DNA of 64,000 bases. Source: Saprolegnia diclina VS20 (lineage: Eukaryota). Position 1 is the first letter of the stretch, and the number at the start of each line of letters is the position of its first letter. Of this stretch, positions 45,596 through 56,810 are shown one piece after another. The stretch covers positions 129,850 through 193,849 of the forward strand of contig NW_008246118.1 of the NCBI RefSeq assembly GCF_000281045.1, written 5' to 3'. The notes under the pieces were generated by a model. It was given only the letters and a program-made list of their open reading frames with translations, made no database searches and was not told where the DNA came from. A program made the translations under genes and the position numbers.

Positions 45596-46030
45596 CTACC
45601 GTATACGAGAGCCTTCAAGTGGCACCCTCTCTTGGGAAGTTATTTGCTTGGTTGTCGCACGACAGCGTTTGCAGACATAGTCCTGTTCGTTGTCGTGAGA
45701 GAATAGACCGAATGTCGGCTTCGACCACGCAGGACCACCGAGTGCGTGATGACAGCCTTGACCTACTGGACAGACACGGTGTTCGTCACAGTCTTGTCTG
45801 TGCGCTTGGTCGTCCAAGCGACGTCTCGTCGTCGTACAAACCGACTTGCAGAACGCAAGGCTGATGGTCCATTACACAACACAAACAGCCTTTCCCACTT
45901 TGCACATCCGTTGCCCTTTCCTGAAACGTTCGGGCCCAAAAAGACACGAATCGAGAGGAACGAATGCACGTGCTTCCAGTGGTTGGTGTAGTTGTTGCCT
46001 TGATGTGACACCAGATTCTTATGCACCGTT
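45596..46030 (-). mobile_element. Possible highly decayed hAT/BED-finger transposase remnant
   Basis: Fragments FSHDNEQDYVCKRC..KQ and HQGNNYTNHWKHV..VSGKG..KW resemble BED-finger and adjacent segments. No continuous ORF or TIRs seen. Confidence 0.25.
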
Positions 46031-46519
46031 TTGCTGGTTGTCGTGGCTACGAGCCGGCAACCATAAGAGCATCCAGGGTGGCTCCAAATTCTGTCCTACC
46101 TCATGTTGGACGTGTGGTCCGCAGAGGTGTAAACCGCCGTACCGCCGTTGTGAGCTGACGGATTGTCATCGCTGTGGCACGACGCTGTCGTGCCACCAAC
46201 GGTGAGCAATGGCGGCCACAGCAAAAATAGAGGTTGCTACCCGATGGGCTCTGGCCTTCGACAACCAGAGCCCACCGTCGACACCAGCGCAGTCGTCAAA
46301 TATCACTATATCGACATCGACTACGCTCTTGGTTTTCAAAATGAGCCATGCCGTACCAATAATGCAGTAGAGTTGAAGTATTGTGGTACGACGACCTTGC
46401 ACTGTGACGACGTTTCGTTCAAAATGAGGCGAAAAGATATTTGCTAGTTGAAGCGTTTCTTACCCGCATCAGTCAGTCACCACCAGCTACCGATCATTTT
46501 CACTTGGCCTCTTGACACG

Positions 46520-48505
46520 ATGGGACGAAGCGCCTACATGACGGAGGATGTGACCAGTGTCAAGTCCAAGCACTCGCTATACGGCCACGGCCGGCGCTTG
46601 TATCAGCGTGCCGTCGCGATCGGCGGTCTCTTTGTTTTGCCGCTCATAGCGAGCGACGCGCTCGTCAACAACTGGGCCATCAACGCGTACTTGGGCGACG
46701 GCAAGTTCTTCATCACGCCGATTGCAGCGGCCCAAAACGCGCAGCAGCTCAGTGCGCAGTACAGCTACGCGCGGAATCTCGGCATTCCCAACCTCTCCAA
46801 CATTGGCCAATGGATCGCCAACGCCACCGTTGTCAACCTCGTCACCGAGAGCGTCGACGTGTACGTCATCAACGTCGGCGAGTTTGAACTGACGCGGACG
46901 ACCAACCTTTGTCCGACGTTTGCCCAAACGTACAGTATCCCAAGCCTTGGCACCGTCCGTCTTGCGCTTGCGTCCGACTCGGTGAATTTCTACCGCGGCA
47001 ACGCGCTCACGCATTTTCTTACCGACGACGCCGAGGCCAACTTGGGTAACTCCTCGATGAAGTCGACCCAGTTATACGACCTCGGTTATGTGCCCGGGCG
47101 CGCCAGCACGGACCTCCGCTTCACGCACGACGTGGTCGTTCGCAACACGACGCAGCCGCAGTCGCAGATTGTGAAATTTTACCGCATCTTTCCCCGCACG
47201 TTCTGCACCGGGTGCGCGCCAACGGCGGAGCTCGGCCATAGCGTTTGCAACTTCACCTACGTCTACAACGACACGACCAAAGTGCTTCGCGTGACCAACA
47301 GCACCTTTGTGCCCGGCTCGACCTACATGTTTGGGCTCATGATGCAAAACTCGTCATTTGGCGTCGCAGCGCTCTACATCAAGCTCCTAGCGATCGCGAT
47401 CGCGATCTGCGGGTACCTCGCGGGTCGGCGCACCGTCCAGTGGCTCGAAGTCGACCCGACCAAAGTCGATGGGCTTGTCGCCCGCACCTTCCGCATCATC
47501 CTCCCCAAGCTCTTTCCATACCAGAGCAACGCGCTGAGCTACGCGTCGTTTTGCTACAACTCGGATTTGTTTGTGTTTTTGTATGCGATCTCGGTGCTCC
47601 TCGACCTCAACAATTGCTTCATCTTTGTCCGCGAAGTCAACGTGTACAATTCGCTGGCGCCGCAGTTTCTCTACTCGCTGCAAATGTTTTCGCTTTCGAG
47701 CCGGCTGCTTTGGGTCAACTGCGCCTTTCTCAAGCTCCTCAAGATCGTCGGGAGCTTTGTGAGCACCGCGTCGTACAACGGCCAGAGCGCACTCATGGGC
47801 TTTTGCAATTTGTCGTCGACCACGTCCGTGTACCTCAGCGCCGTCCTCCTCGTTTACGTCCCAGCGTACATTGAGTACAACAACTCGGTCGCAACGTCCA
47901 TTCGCAACGTCAACGAAAGCATTGACGGCATCCGCGTCCGTGTCTTCGACGGGTTTTACCTCCGCGTGCTCTCGTCCGTCGGCGCCGGCCTCGTCCTCAA
48001 CGTCGTCCTTGTCACGGCCGTGGACCGGCTCTGGAATTGGCGCTACTGGCAGCTTTTGGCAAAGAATTCACTCGCGCGTCAAGCCATGTACAACAGCAGC
48101 TCGATCGTGTGCGACTTTCTCGACGGCATCGAGCCCGACGCAGACGACCGCAGCGCCGCGTCGTCGATCGTGTGCCGCGCGCGCCGCCTGAGCACGCTGC
48201 AGTGGTTTTTCATGAGCCATTTGACGTGCTTTGGCTTGCCCGAGAAGCAGCTCCGCGCCAAGAAGCTCTCGATTGCACAGGTCACGGTCAAGCAGCACCA
48301 CACGGCCAATTCGAGCACGCGGTCCAACTCGATTACGCACCCGACCGCGCTGCCGTTGCCGATCCCCGTGCCTGACGACGGCGCGTACATGGTGGTCCAG
48401 GACGGCGACCACAACATCCACCTCCTCGACGGCCAGCTCAACGACGTGACGAGCCTCGTCTACAACATCAAGGTGCTCAAGAACACGACTGTCACCATAA
48501 AGTAA
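46520..48505 (+). CDS. Uncharacterised multi-TM family protein, copy 1
   Basis: Intronless ORF. N-terminal TM, N-glycosylation-rich ectodomain with CTGC, several TMs, tail ARRLSTLQWFFMSHLTCFGLP..QDGD..IHLLDG. Inr-like TCATTTTCACTT just upstream. Confidence 0.88.
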   Translation: MGRSAYMTEDVTSVKSKHSLYGHGRRLYQRAVAIGGLFVLPLIASDALVNNWAINAYLGDGKFFITPIAAAQNAQQLSAQYSYARNLGIPNLSNIGQWIANATVVNLVTESVDVYVINVGEFELTRTTNLCPTFAQTYSIPSLGTVRLALASDSVNFYRGNALTHFLTDDAEANLGNSSMKSTQLYDLGYVPGRASTDLRFTHDVVVRNTTQPQSQIVKFYRIFPRTFCTGCAPTAELGHSVCNFTYVYNDTTKVLRVTNSTFVPGSTYMFGLMMQNSSFGVAALYIKLLAIAIAICGYLAGRRTVQWLEVDPTKVDGLVARTFRIILPKLFPYQSNALSYASFCYNSDLFVFLYAISVLLDLNNCFIFVREVNVYNSLAPQFLYSLQMFSLSSRLLWVNCAFLKLLKIVGSFVSTASYNGQSALMGFCNLSSTTSVYLSAVLLVYVPAYIEYNNSVATSIRNVNESIDGIRVRVFDGFYLRVLSSVGAGLVLNVVLVTAVDRLWNWRYWQLLAKNSLARQAMYNSSSIVCDFLDGIEPDADDRSAASSIVCRARRLSTLQWFFMSHLTCFGLPEKQLRAKKLSIAQVTVKQHHTANSSTRSNSITHPTALPLPIPVPDDGAYMVVQDGDHNIHLLDGQLNDVTSLVYNIKVLKNTTVTIK

Positions 48506-49043
48506 GACAACCATGCATTTTACTGTGTTTTAGACAACTCTATCCAACTACATTTTCAAGTAATCCTACTCGACACATTGATACAAAGTCAAGAAGCGAG
48601 CTACTCGCCTCTAGAGTGCAGACAGTGTACACGCTTCTTTCGTTGCATCTGTGTCGATGTGTGGTTTTTCACGTGTCACCTGGAATGGCACCCTTGACCA
48701 GCGAGAGCGACATTGCCAGCCGCATGAGCCGGCCATATCAACCGTTCGAAATAGTCGGCGACTCGAACCAAAATACATTGAAGCCGAAGCCACCTTGATC
48801 TTGACGTTTTGGCATGTCGCTTGCTCATGCCAAAGATACTCTGAGCCAAGCCAGCACACATGTTCTGTCGCAAGTGCTGCCATTTTATTTTTTTTCCTAT
48901 CCGAACCAACTTGTTTTCATATTGGAGCCATAAACTGTCGAGGCACTGCCTCGTGCGATCTATGTACGTGACCATTCAAGGGCATGAAGCAAAATCCCTT
49001 GACAGTTTGAGTGTATTTTTACATGAAATATATACAATTTTAT

Positions 49044-51002
49044 CTATCGAATCGTAATGTGTGCGTCCTTGAGCACTTTGGCATTGAAGGATGTGCTGCC
49101 CACGTCGGCAAAGTTGCCGTCAAGCAAGTGAATCACACGGTCGCCGTCCTGAACGATCGTGAAGAACTCTTCTGCCTCCTCCTCTTCGATCGCGTCGGCT
49201 GGCTCGCGCGCCGACACGGCCGACTGCGCCGTGGGGTTGCGAAAGGCCCGCGCGACCTTGACTTGGACGAGCAGCGTCTTCTTCTTCTTCACGAGGAGGT
49301 CTTTGGCCGGCAAGCCAAAGCACGTCAAATGACTCATGAAGAACCACTGGAGCGTGCTCAGCCGGCGCGCGCGAATGCTCGTCGTCGTCGTCACGCCGTC
49401 TTCGTGGCTTTCGAGGCGCGGGAGGTAGTCGCAGAGGATCGAGCTGCTGTTGTAGACTGTTTGGCGCGTAAGCGAGTTCTTGCGCAGCGTGCGCCAGTAC
49501 TTGTAGTTGATGACGTGGTCGATGACTGTGACGCAAAACACATTTGCGAGCAGGAGGTAGATGATGGACGACGCCACGCGCATGTAGCTGCCGTCAAACA
49601 CTTCGACACGGAGGCCGTCGAGCGACTCCACCGACTTGGGCAGATCCGCGTGCACCGAGTTGTCGTACTCGACGAACGCGGGGATGAAGAAGAGCATGAT
49701 CGCGCTGAGGTAGAGGTACGTGACCGTCGAGAAATTGAAGAACGTCATGACGTTGCTCTGCCCATTGTAGTTCGAGTGCACGACGAGGTTCCAAAAGATC
49801 TTGCAGAATTTGAGAATCGCGCAGTTGACCCAGAGCAGTCGGCACGAAAGCGAAAACATCATGAGCGACACGAGGACTTGGGGCGCCGGCGCATTGTACA
49901 CGTTGACGCTACCGACGTACAAGAGGCAATTTTGCAGATCGAGGAGCACCGAGAACGTGTAGACGAACACAAAGATGTCCGAGTTGTAGCAAAACATGTC
50001 GTAGCTGAGCGCATTGCTCGCAAATGGAAAATACTTTGGGATGACGGTCCGCAGGACCTTGGCGACGATCGAGTCGGGTTTCGACGGGTCGACCTCAAAC
50101 CACTGCACGGTGCGCCGGCTCGCGAGGAAGCCGCCGATGCCAAGCGCGATCGCCAAGAGCTTGCCGACAAGCGACAGCGTGCCGACGGCCGAGTTGACCA
50201 TGGTCACGCCCAGTTTGTATGTCGAGCCAGGCACAAAGTCGCTCGAGATAACGCGGAGTGTCGCCGTCGCGTCACTATACGATAGCGTCATGTTGCATTT
50301 GCTGAACCCGAGCTCGGCAATCGGCGTGCACCCCGTGCAAAAGTTGTGCGAGTACATGCGAAAATACGGCACGACAACATGCTGCAGTTGCGACGTGTTG
50401 GCGATTTGGAATGGCTTGGTGAAGCGTTTATCAACGCTCGTGCGCCCGGGAATGTACCCGAGCTTCAATAGCTCAGTGCTCGACATACCGGGCGTCGCCA
50501 AGTTGGCGGTTTGGTCGTTTGTAAAGATATGGTCGAGCGCGTGCCCGCGGTAGAACGAGATGGCGTCGTCCGCGAGCGCCAAGCGAATCGATGACGCCGA
50601 CGACGCGCTGTACGTGCCCGTGAAGATCGGACAGAGATCCGTGGCCGGCGTGAGCGCATACTCGCCGGCTGTAAACGTGTACATGTGCTTACTCTTGGTC
50701 ACAAGGTGGTTCACCGTCACGTTTGTCATCCAGTACCCGATGTCCGAGAGGTTGGCAATCGCGCGGCCGTGGCCAAAGCTGTACTCAGTATCGAGCTCAT
50801 ACGCGGCACCAATACCGCCGACCGGCGTCAAGAAGAAGTAGCCGCCGCCGAGGTAGTTGTTGAGCGACCAGTTGTTGACGACTGCGTCCGCTGTGAGCAA
50901 GAAGACGACAAACGTCCCGATGAGCCGGACGGCGTACCGGTGCAGGGTGTCGGACGCGCGGATGAGGCGCACCCGAAGCGGCAGGATGGTTTCAGGGCGC
51001 AT
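49044..51002 (-). CDS. Uncharacterised multi-TM family protein, copy 2
   Basis: Collinear with copy 1: DAVVNNW, FYRG, CTGC..AELG, RRTVQW, NSDIFV, ARRLSTLQWFFMSHLTCFGLP. Confidence 0.88.
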   Translation of the reverse strand: MRPETILPLRVRLIRASDTLHRYAVRLIGTFVVFLLTADAVVNNWSLNNYLGGGYFFLTPVGGIGAAYELDTEYSFGHGRAIANLSDIGYWMTNVTVNHLVTKSKHMYTFTAGEYALTPATDLCPIFTGTYSASSASSIRLALADDAISFYRGHALDHIFTNDQTANLATPGMSSTELLKLGYIPGRTSVDKRFTKPFQIANTSQLQHVVVPYFRMYSHNFCTGCTPIAELGFSKCNMTLSYSDATATLRVISSDFVPGSTYKLGVTMVNSAVGTLSLVGKLLAIALGIGGFLASRRTVQWFEVDPSKPDSIVAKVLRTVIPKYFPFASNALSYDMFCYNSDIFVFVYTFSVLLDLQNCLLYVGSVNVYNAPAPQVLVSLMMFSLSCRLLWVNCAILKFCKIFWNLVVHSNYNGQSNVMTFFNFSTVTYLYLSAIMLFFIPAFVEYDNSVHADLPKSVESLDGLRVEVFDGSYMRVASSIIYLLLANVFCVTVIDHVINYKYWRTLRKNSLTRQTVYNSSSILCDYLPRLESHEDGVTTTTSIRARRLSTLQWFFMSHLTCFGLPAKDLLVKKKKTLLVQVKVARAFRNPTAQSAVSAREPADAIEEEEAEEFFTIVQDGDRVIHLLDGNFADVGSTSFNAKVLKDAHITIR

Positions 51003-51160
51003 GTTGGCTACTGCCTTGGTGCAGCAGTTGACGCTATAATTAGTGGGGCGAGCCAAGCGGCGCTGAAACCGGTGGCGTCCCTTCTACTACAATGACGTCA
51101 TGAACCGTACAAGCTCAGCCTCTCCTCTGTACATCGCATGCAAAATCCACACATGCCAGA

Positions 51161-51760
51161 GACGACTATTACGTCCGCGTCGCGTCTTCGATTGCACTGG
51201 GGCTCTTTCTCAACGTTCAACGTGTTGCTCGTGGCGGCGCTCGACCATCTCTGAAATCGACAAAACTGGGTCATTTCAGCCAAAAACAACTGGCGCGCCA
51301 AGCCAACTTCACCAGCACCTCGATTGTCTGTGATTACTTGGATGGGATTGAGCCCGATACCGACACGACAAGCGAGGCGTCAATCCTAATGCGCCGCGCA
51401 CGCCGCTTGAGCACGCTCCAGTGGTTCTTCATGAAACACTTAATGTGCTTTGGCTTACCGCAGAAGGAGCTGCGAATGAAGAAGCAGTCGCTCAACAACG
51501 TGCAGTCGCGCCTCCAGACGCAACGAACCAACGGAACGCGCTCGATTGCGCGCAGCGACACTCTCTCAGCTTTGAGCTCGAAAAAACCCGGCGGCAGCAG
51601 CGACGACATTCGCGACTTGTTCTCGATGGTCGTCCAAGATGGCGACCGCCACATCCACCTCCTCGACGGTCAGCGCAGCGACGTGATCAGTCTTGTCTAC
51701 AGCATCAAGATACTCAAAAATTCTACCGTCACCATCAATCAAGACAACACGTTGGTTTAA
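51161..51760 (+). pseudogene. 5'-truncated pseudogene of the same multi-TM family
   Basis: DDYYVRVASSIALGLFLNV, then a 7-nt duplication (51210-51223), TGA at 51252-51254 where paralogs have Trp, a frameshift near 51285, then LARQA..SIVCDYLDGIEP..ARRLSTLQWFF. Confidence 0.85.
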
Positions 51761-51935
51761 TAAAACTACCTGCACGCAACTCTACCTGAGACAGTGACAA
51801 ACACGCATGGCGCAGACACGACCTGCATTCTTTAGAGGTCGAGTGTTGGTCAGCATCAATGGAACAAGCGCCGAACGCCGCTCGTGGCCGAGACGAATGC
51901 CAGAAAGGCCAACGTCACTTTGCCTTTTGCAGGAA

Positions 51936-52706
51936 ATGACGACATCCTCGCCCGTGCCGCTGCGCGAGATTATGGACGAAGCGTTCGCGCGCGCCCTCGC
52001 TGCGACGACGCACGACGACCTCCCGGAAGGCTACGACCCCAAGGACTTTGAGGACAGCCTCCCCGACGGCTACGACCCCAAGGACTTTGAGGACGACTTG
52101 CCGCCAGGGTACAATCCCCGAGATTTCGAAGATGGCCCCGACTACAGCGTCGACGCGCTGGCGGCGGACGTGGACTACGCGTTGGCACTCTCGCTGCAAG
52201 AGGCAGAGGCCGACAGCGACTATACCTCGCTCGTTTCGCTGCAAGCCTCGGTCGCCAACGACGCCGACGACAACTACGATGAGTATGAAGAGGACGACGA
52301 CGACGTTGTGCCCGCCAACTTTGATTTTTCGGTTGCACCCAAGGACGACTCCAAGCCCAAGCGCAAGAAGCGGGTGCAGAAAGATGCCCGCCGGTTCTAC
52401 AGCGCCGCCAAGGTGGCCGCGGTGCCTCGCCAGCTCCTCGCGCTCAAGGGCCGACTCGATGACATGGACGCGCTCATGACGTTTCTATCTACGCAAAAGA
52501 ACTCGCTCGCGATTGCCAACGATGGCCACAAGATGTTTCGCGCGGCCGCGCATGTGGGCGACGACGAGTTCTCGCTGTACGTCAAGGGCACGGAAGCCGA
52601 CATGCAGGTGCTACTGGCGTACGTCATGACGCAGGTCGAGTCGGTCGTGATCTTGGCCGTCAAGGACGTGGCGGCTGCGCCCGAGCCGCTGATCAGCCTC
52701 GATTAA
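51936..52706 (+). CDS. Acidic hypothetical protein with 3x13-aa repeats and UIM-like helices
   Basis: Codon-biased ORF from MTTSSPVPLREIMDEAFARALA. Repeats DxLPxGYDPKDFE and motif DYALALSLQE. Confidence 0.75.
   Translation: MTTSSPVPLREIMDEAFARALAATTHDDLPEGYDPKDFEDSLPDGYDPKDFEDDLPPGYNPRDFEDGPDYSVDALAADVDYALALSLQEAEADSDYTSLVSLQASVANDADDNYDEYEEDDDDVVPANFDFSVAPKDDSKPKRKKRVQKDARRFYSAAKVAAVPRQLLALKGRLDDMDALMTFLSTQKNSLAIANDGHKMFRAAAHVGDDEFSLYVKGTEADMQVLLAYVMTQVESVVILAVKDVAAAPEPLISLD
52014..52130 (+). repeat. Coding tandem repeat, 3 x 39 bp
   Basis: DDLPEGYDPKDFE / DSLPDGYDPKDFE / DDLPPGYNPRDFE. Confidence 0.9.
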
Positions 52707-53203
52707 CCCTCCGTACATATAACTATCTATCTATTCCATTGAACCAAACGAGTTCGCACTGTCTCTGGCTGCATAAAGCACACGAACGTTGCGATTTCGG
52801 ATTGTGTAGCGCTCTGAGCAGTCAGACATAATGGCTGCTGTGGTGTGGGAGAGGCGGCTGGCATCAACCTCAGCCATTCACGCTTCAATGCGCCAGAGCC
52901 TGACAGCCACGCTAGCACCTTGAATCAGCTGCAGGAATCATTCAAGCGCTCCAGGAGTCTATTAAAAGGGCGGCGGCGGGCCGAGCTGGTCCCAGCCTCG
53001 GGCAAGCTCCCGCCACATCAAGTTGCCACGTAAAAACCAGGCGCCGTTCCTGATCTCGATGGACCTCAACTAGGATGAGTATTCAAAAACCAAGTTTGGG
53101 CGTAGCCAGGGCATCGTTCCAAATTAGGCTTTTTCCTTTTTCGAACGATGGAACAACGCAATTCGCGTCGCATTCGATGACCAGTTTCAGATCGACGACG
53201 CGT

Positions 53204-54247
53204 ATGCTCAAGCTGCTGCTGCACCACCACACAAAGGTCGGCGTCTTCCTCGTCGTCGCGGGCTTCGTCTGGGAGTACCCGCGCATCATGCTCGCGCAGT
53301 ACGTTGTGGGCATGCTGAGCGACTACCTGCACAGCAACCACCATCGGTCAGTGCTCCTCGGCATGTACGTCGGTCTCATTGCCGCCGCCACGTCACTCTT
53401 CCGCGAAGACGCGCGCAGCGACCAGCCGTACCTCTGGAAGTACGTGCTGGCGACCCCCATGACGCTCGCTGGCGGCGCTGTTCGCCTCTTCGGCGTGCCC
53501 GTGTATTCGCTCGTCGTCGCGGTCTGGGAAGCCAATGTCGCCTTGCAGGCCACGACGGGACCGCAGTACACACACCGGCTCCACGAAGCCTACGTAGCGC
53601 GGCTCCAGTCGGTCGGCGGTGCACAAGCACTGCCGCTGTCGGCGTTCACGTCCGGTGTGGCCTCGATCCACGACCCGACGGGCGGGTACGGCGAGGTGCT
53701 TGCCTATGCGCGTTTCTCGGCCAAGATTGTGCTTGCGCTCTTCTTCTGCGTCGTCTATGGCATTGCGACCTTTTGCAACGCGCCGGGCCTCGGTACGTTA
53801 TCTCGTTCTCGGTATCTTTGTTCTTATTGAGATGAAATAGCGGGCGAGAACCTCCGGGACGCTGTCCGCAACTGCGACGTAGACAGCGCCAAGAAGGCGC
53901 TCTCACGGGGCACGGACCCGAACAGCAAGGGCCACGACAAGGGCTCGGCACTGCACATTTGCGCGCAGCAAGCGCTCTCCGAGATGGCGCGCGTACTCCT
54001 TGAAGCCGGCGCCGACGTCAACTTGCCCGACGCATTTGGGTTTACGCCCTTGCACTGGGCTGTCCAGCTTCGACGCGAAGAAACGTGCATTGAGAAGCGG
54101 CTCGAGGTCGTCCGCGTCCTCCTCGAATACGGTGCAAATGTGAATGTCGTCAACTTCAATGGCGTGTCACCGGCCATGATTGCCGCGCGGCCCGAGAACG
54201 TCCGTGCCCACGACGTCATCCAGCTCTACGGCTGCGACGTCGACTAG
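53204..54247 (+). CDS. Transmembrane protein with C-terminal ankyrin repeats, 1 intron (~53794-53840)
   Basis: Hydrophobic N-terminal exon. Second exon has SALHICA, LLEAGADVN..GFTPLHWA, LLEYGANVN. Confidence 0.8.
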
Positions 54248-55380
54248 CACGTTAGAAAGACCCAGTGCTCTATTTTGATAACTACTTATTTGTTCACCTT
54301 GCGCTTGCAGCGCAGGACGTCAGGTCGCGCGTCACCGGCAGTAGATGGTCGACAAGTGCGTGATTCGAGCTCCATGGTACGCTCATGGAGTGACGTCGAC
54401 GGGATCCAACTGTGGTGATCTTGCACAAGCAGCGGTCGCATGACCACACCAACGCACACACTCGCCATCGAGGCTTGCCATTGCAGCGCCGCCTTTCCTG
54501 CCATCGACACGACTGCAACGCTGCAATCTTATAGGCGCGGGTGCTAATCTTATATGCGCGCGTAGGAGATGTGCTTCAGAGGCCGCGTGCTGCTGCTGTA
54601 TCGCCAAGCAATTCCAATGGCGCCTACTAGTCGCTTGACTGCCACCATGCGTGGTATCGCGGTGACTGTAGTTGCTCGCCACCTCTGATGGATGCTCGCC
54701 ATGCCCGTATTCGAATGATGGAAGAACAACGCATGCGTTCGAGTCCATTGCAGCCTCTTACCGTGGCAGTCGATGGCGCCGCCGTAGGCAGTAGGTGCCA
54801 GTAGCCATACCTCTGCGTACCTTGGGGCACCGCTCGCGCGTAGTACGGTCCCGTCGGCGGCGCGAATCTTGGCATTTGCAGCGATCGGTCGGCCAGCGCA
54901 CGCAATTAAAATAAAGTGCAATCTCATGCGTCGTTTAATAGAATTACGTCGTAGCGCTTCTTGCGCGCGGGGACTCGGTCATTAAAAATGTGCGTATTTT
55001 AATGCATGCGGTGAGCTGCCATCGAGTGGCGCGGATTGGCAGATTCATTCTCGCGTTTGATTGGCTAAAAAGACGAATGTCTGGCATGTGATTGGCTGCA
55101 ATAGAAAAGCGCCGTTGGCTGGTGGAGAGTCATCTCCATACAAACCGTTTGGTGGACGGGAGTCTGTGTGGGGAATTTCGTCCTTTGGCTTTTATTATTG
55201 GACTTTTCGCAAGGACTAAGGTATGGAGACGACGTAGGACGAGCTCGCTTCGTGCAGGTGGCACCCGATGCATGGCCGGCGCAGCTGGCAGCGAGGCCGC
55301 GGCCATGCGTCGGCGCAACCATCGCGAACGACCTCGACCGTGCGCATTGGACACGGCGCTCATGGCGATGCGTAGAAACA

Positions 55381-55695
55381 ATGGTGAACATCCCCAAGGA
55401 ACGTCGCACCTTCTGCAAGGGCAAGAAGTGCCGCAAGCACACTGTGCACAAGGTCACGCAGTACAAGGCCGGCAAGGCGTCCAAGTTCGCCCAGGGTGCT
55501 CGTCGTTATAACGAGAAGCAGCAGGGTTTCGGTGGTCAGACCAAGCCCGTCTTCCACAAGAAGGCGAAGACCACCAAGAAGATCACGCTTCGCATGGAGT
55601 GCAAGGAGTGCAAGGCCAAGAAGCAGCTCCCCATCAAGCGCACCAAGCACTTCGAACTTGGTGAGAAGAAGAAGACGTCGGGCCATACCTACTAA
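55381..55695 (+). CDS. RPL44: 60S ribosomal protein eL42 (L44/L36a)
   Basis: [52 protein letters not shown]. Several ATTGG (reverse CCAAT) boxes at 55035-55200. Confidence 0.98.
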   Translation: MVNIPKERRTFCKGKKCRKHTVHKVTQYKAGKASKFAQGARRYNEKQQGFGGQTKPVFHKKAKTTKKITLRMECKECKAKKQLPIKRTKHFELGEKKKTSGHTY

Positions 55696-56810
55696 GCGCT
55701 TGGTCCTGCGTTCGCTCGTCTGTTGAGTGCCTTTTTCCCACGTCGTCGTCGTCGCTTGCGCACTGGATCGCCATGTCGAGTGCCATTTGATTGATTGATC
55801 ACTGCGAGTCCAATAAGATACCTACTTCTTCATGGTGTCTCTCCTCGTGTGTCCTTCCGCATAGTGCCACCAGCGGAGGAGCTTTCGCACCGAGCCGTCC
55901 GTGAGAGATACACAGCGTCTCTTGCGCGTGCGAACCTGAGTCGCCCGAAGCGAGCCAGGAAACATCCTCAACTCTCAGAACTGAGCCAAGCTCTATTACC
56001 TCAGTGGTGTTTCTCTGAGGCCAAGACGAGTTGACTGCTCCTCAGTTGACCTACACTGGGCACACCAACCAACGTGCTACAGAAGCTGCATCGTGCAGCC
56101 AAGTGTCGGTGAACCGTCGGCAGTATTTGCAATCGTCTCTTCCTCGTCTGTTGTTGCCGGTCATCACACGAGTCGACACGATGATGGCTACTAGTACACC
56201 TTGGGTGCCCATTTCGTGCACATCTTGGCTTGGCTCTTGCACCACCGGTGCCAGGACTGTAGATATGGTACAGAGGTCGCATCAGGTTCCAAGCCACCGA
56301 GGCAAGCTGCGTACAGTGGGTGTCAATGACGGCAGGCAGCTAGCAGGCAGGTATTGTGATGCTCATCGTCGATCTAGCTTGAACCACGAGCAAAAGGCGG
56401 TGAAGCGAAAAGCTACAGAGCGATTCCGAAGTTCGCTCAAAGTTAACCTGTGTCAGCCCAACGAGACCGATAGAAGAGCACCATGGAAGAGCACGCTGAC
56501 GATCAAGATCCGTCATCATATGCCATCTCGAGCGCGCCGCATGAGACTTCGTGAGCGAGACGCGTCCTTATCCCAAAGGTGACGCGTCGTGGCCACGCAT
56601 GCGGAAGACGTATCGTAGCAGAGTTGATTCGCCCGTAAACAGAGGCCGAATATCGAGCTGTACAACTTGTGTGTTGCGAGTTCTTCGCTCGCGTCATCTC
56701 TCTGCTTTGACAAGGCTGCCAGCAACGCACACTGGTGACGTGGCCCTCGTCGATGGTGTAGCTGCTCAAGGCCAACGAGACGAAAACAAGTTATTAGTTA
56801 CAAGGCGCGC

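Noticed and set aside
54735..54750. GTTCGAGTCC tRNA T-loop-like word
   Set aside because: No flanking T-stem or cloverleaf pairing.
55268..55310. 9-11 bp GC hairpin upstream of RPL44
   Set aside because: Plausible by chance at this GC content and probably upstream of the transcript.
55795..56800. Short ORFs in intergenic tracts (also 23400-24600, 42800-43500, 61800-62560)
   Set aside because: No motifs, codon bias or terminal repeats; left unannotated.
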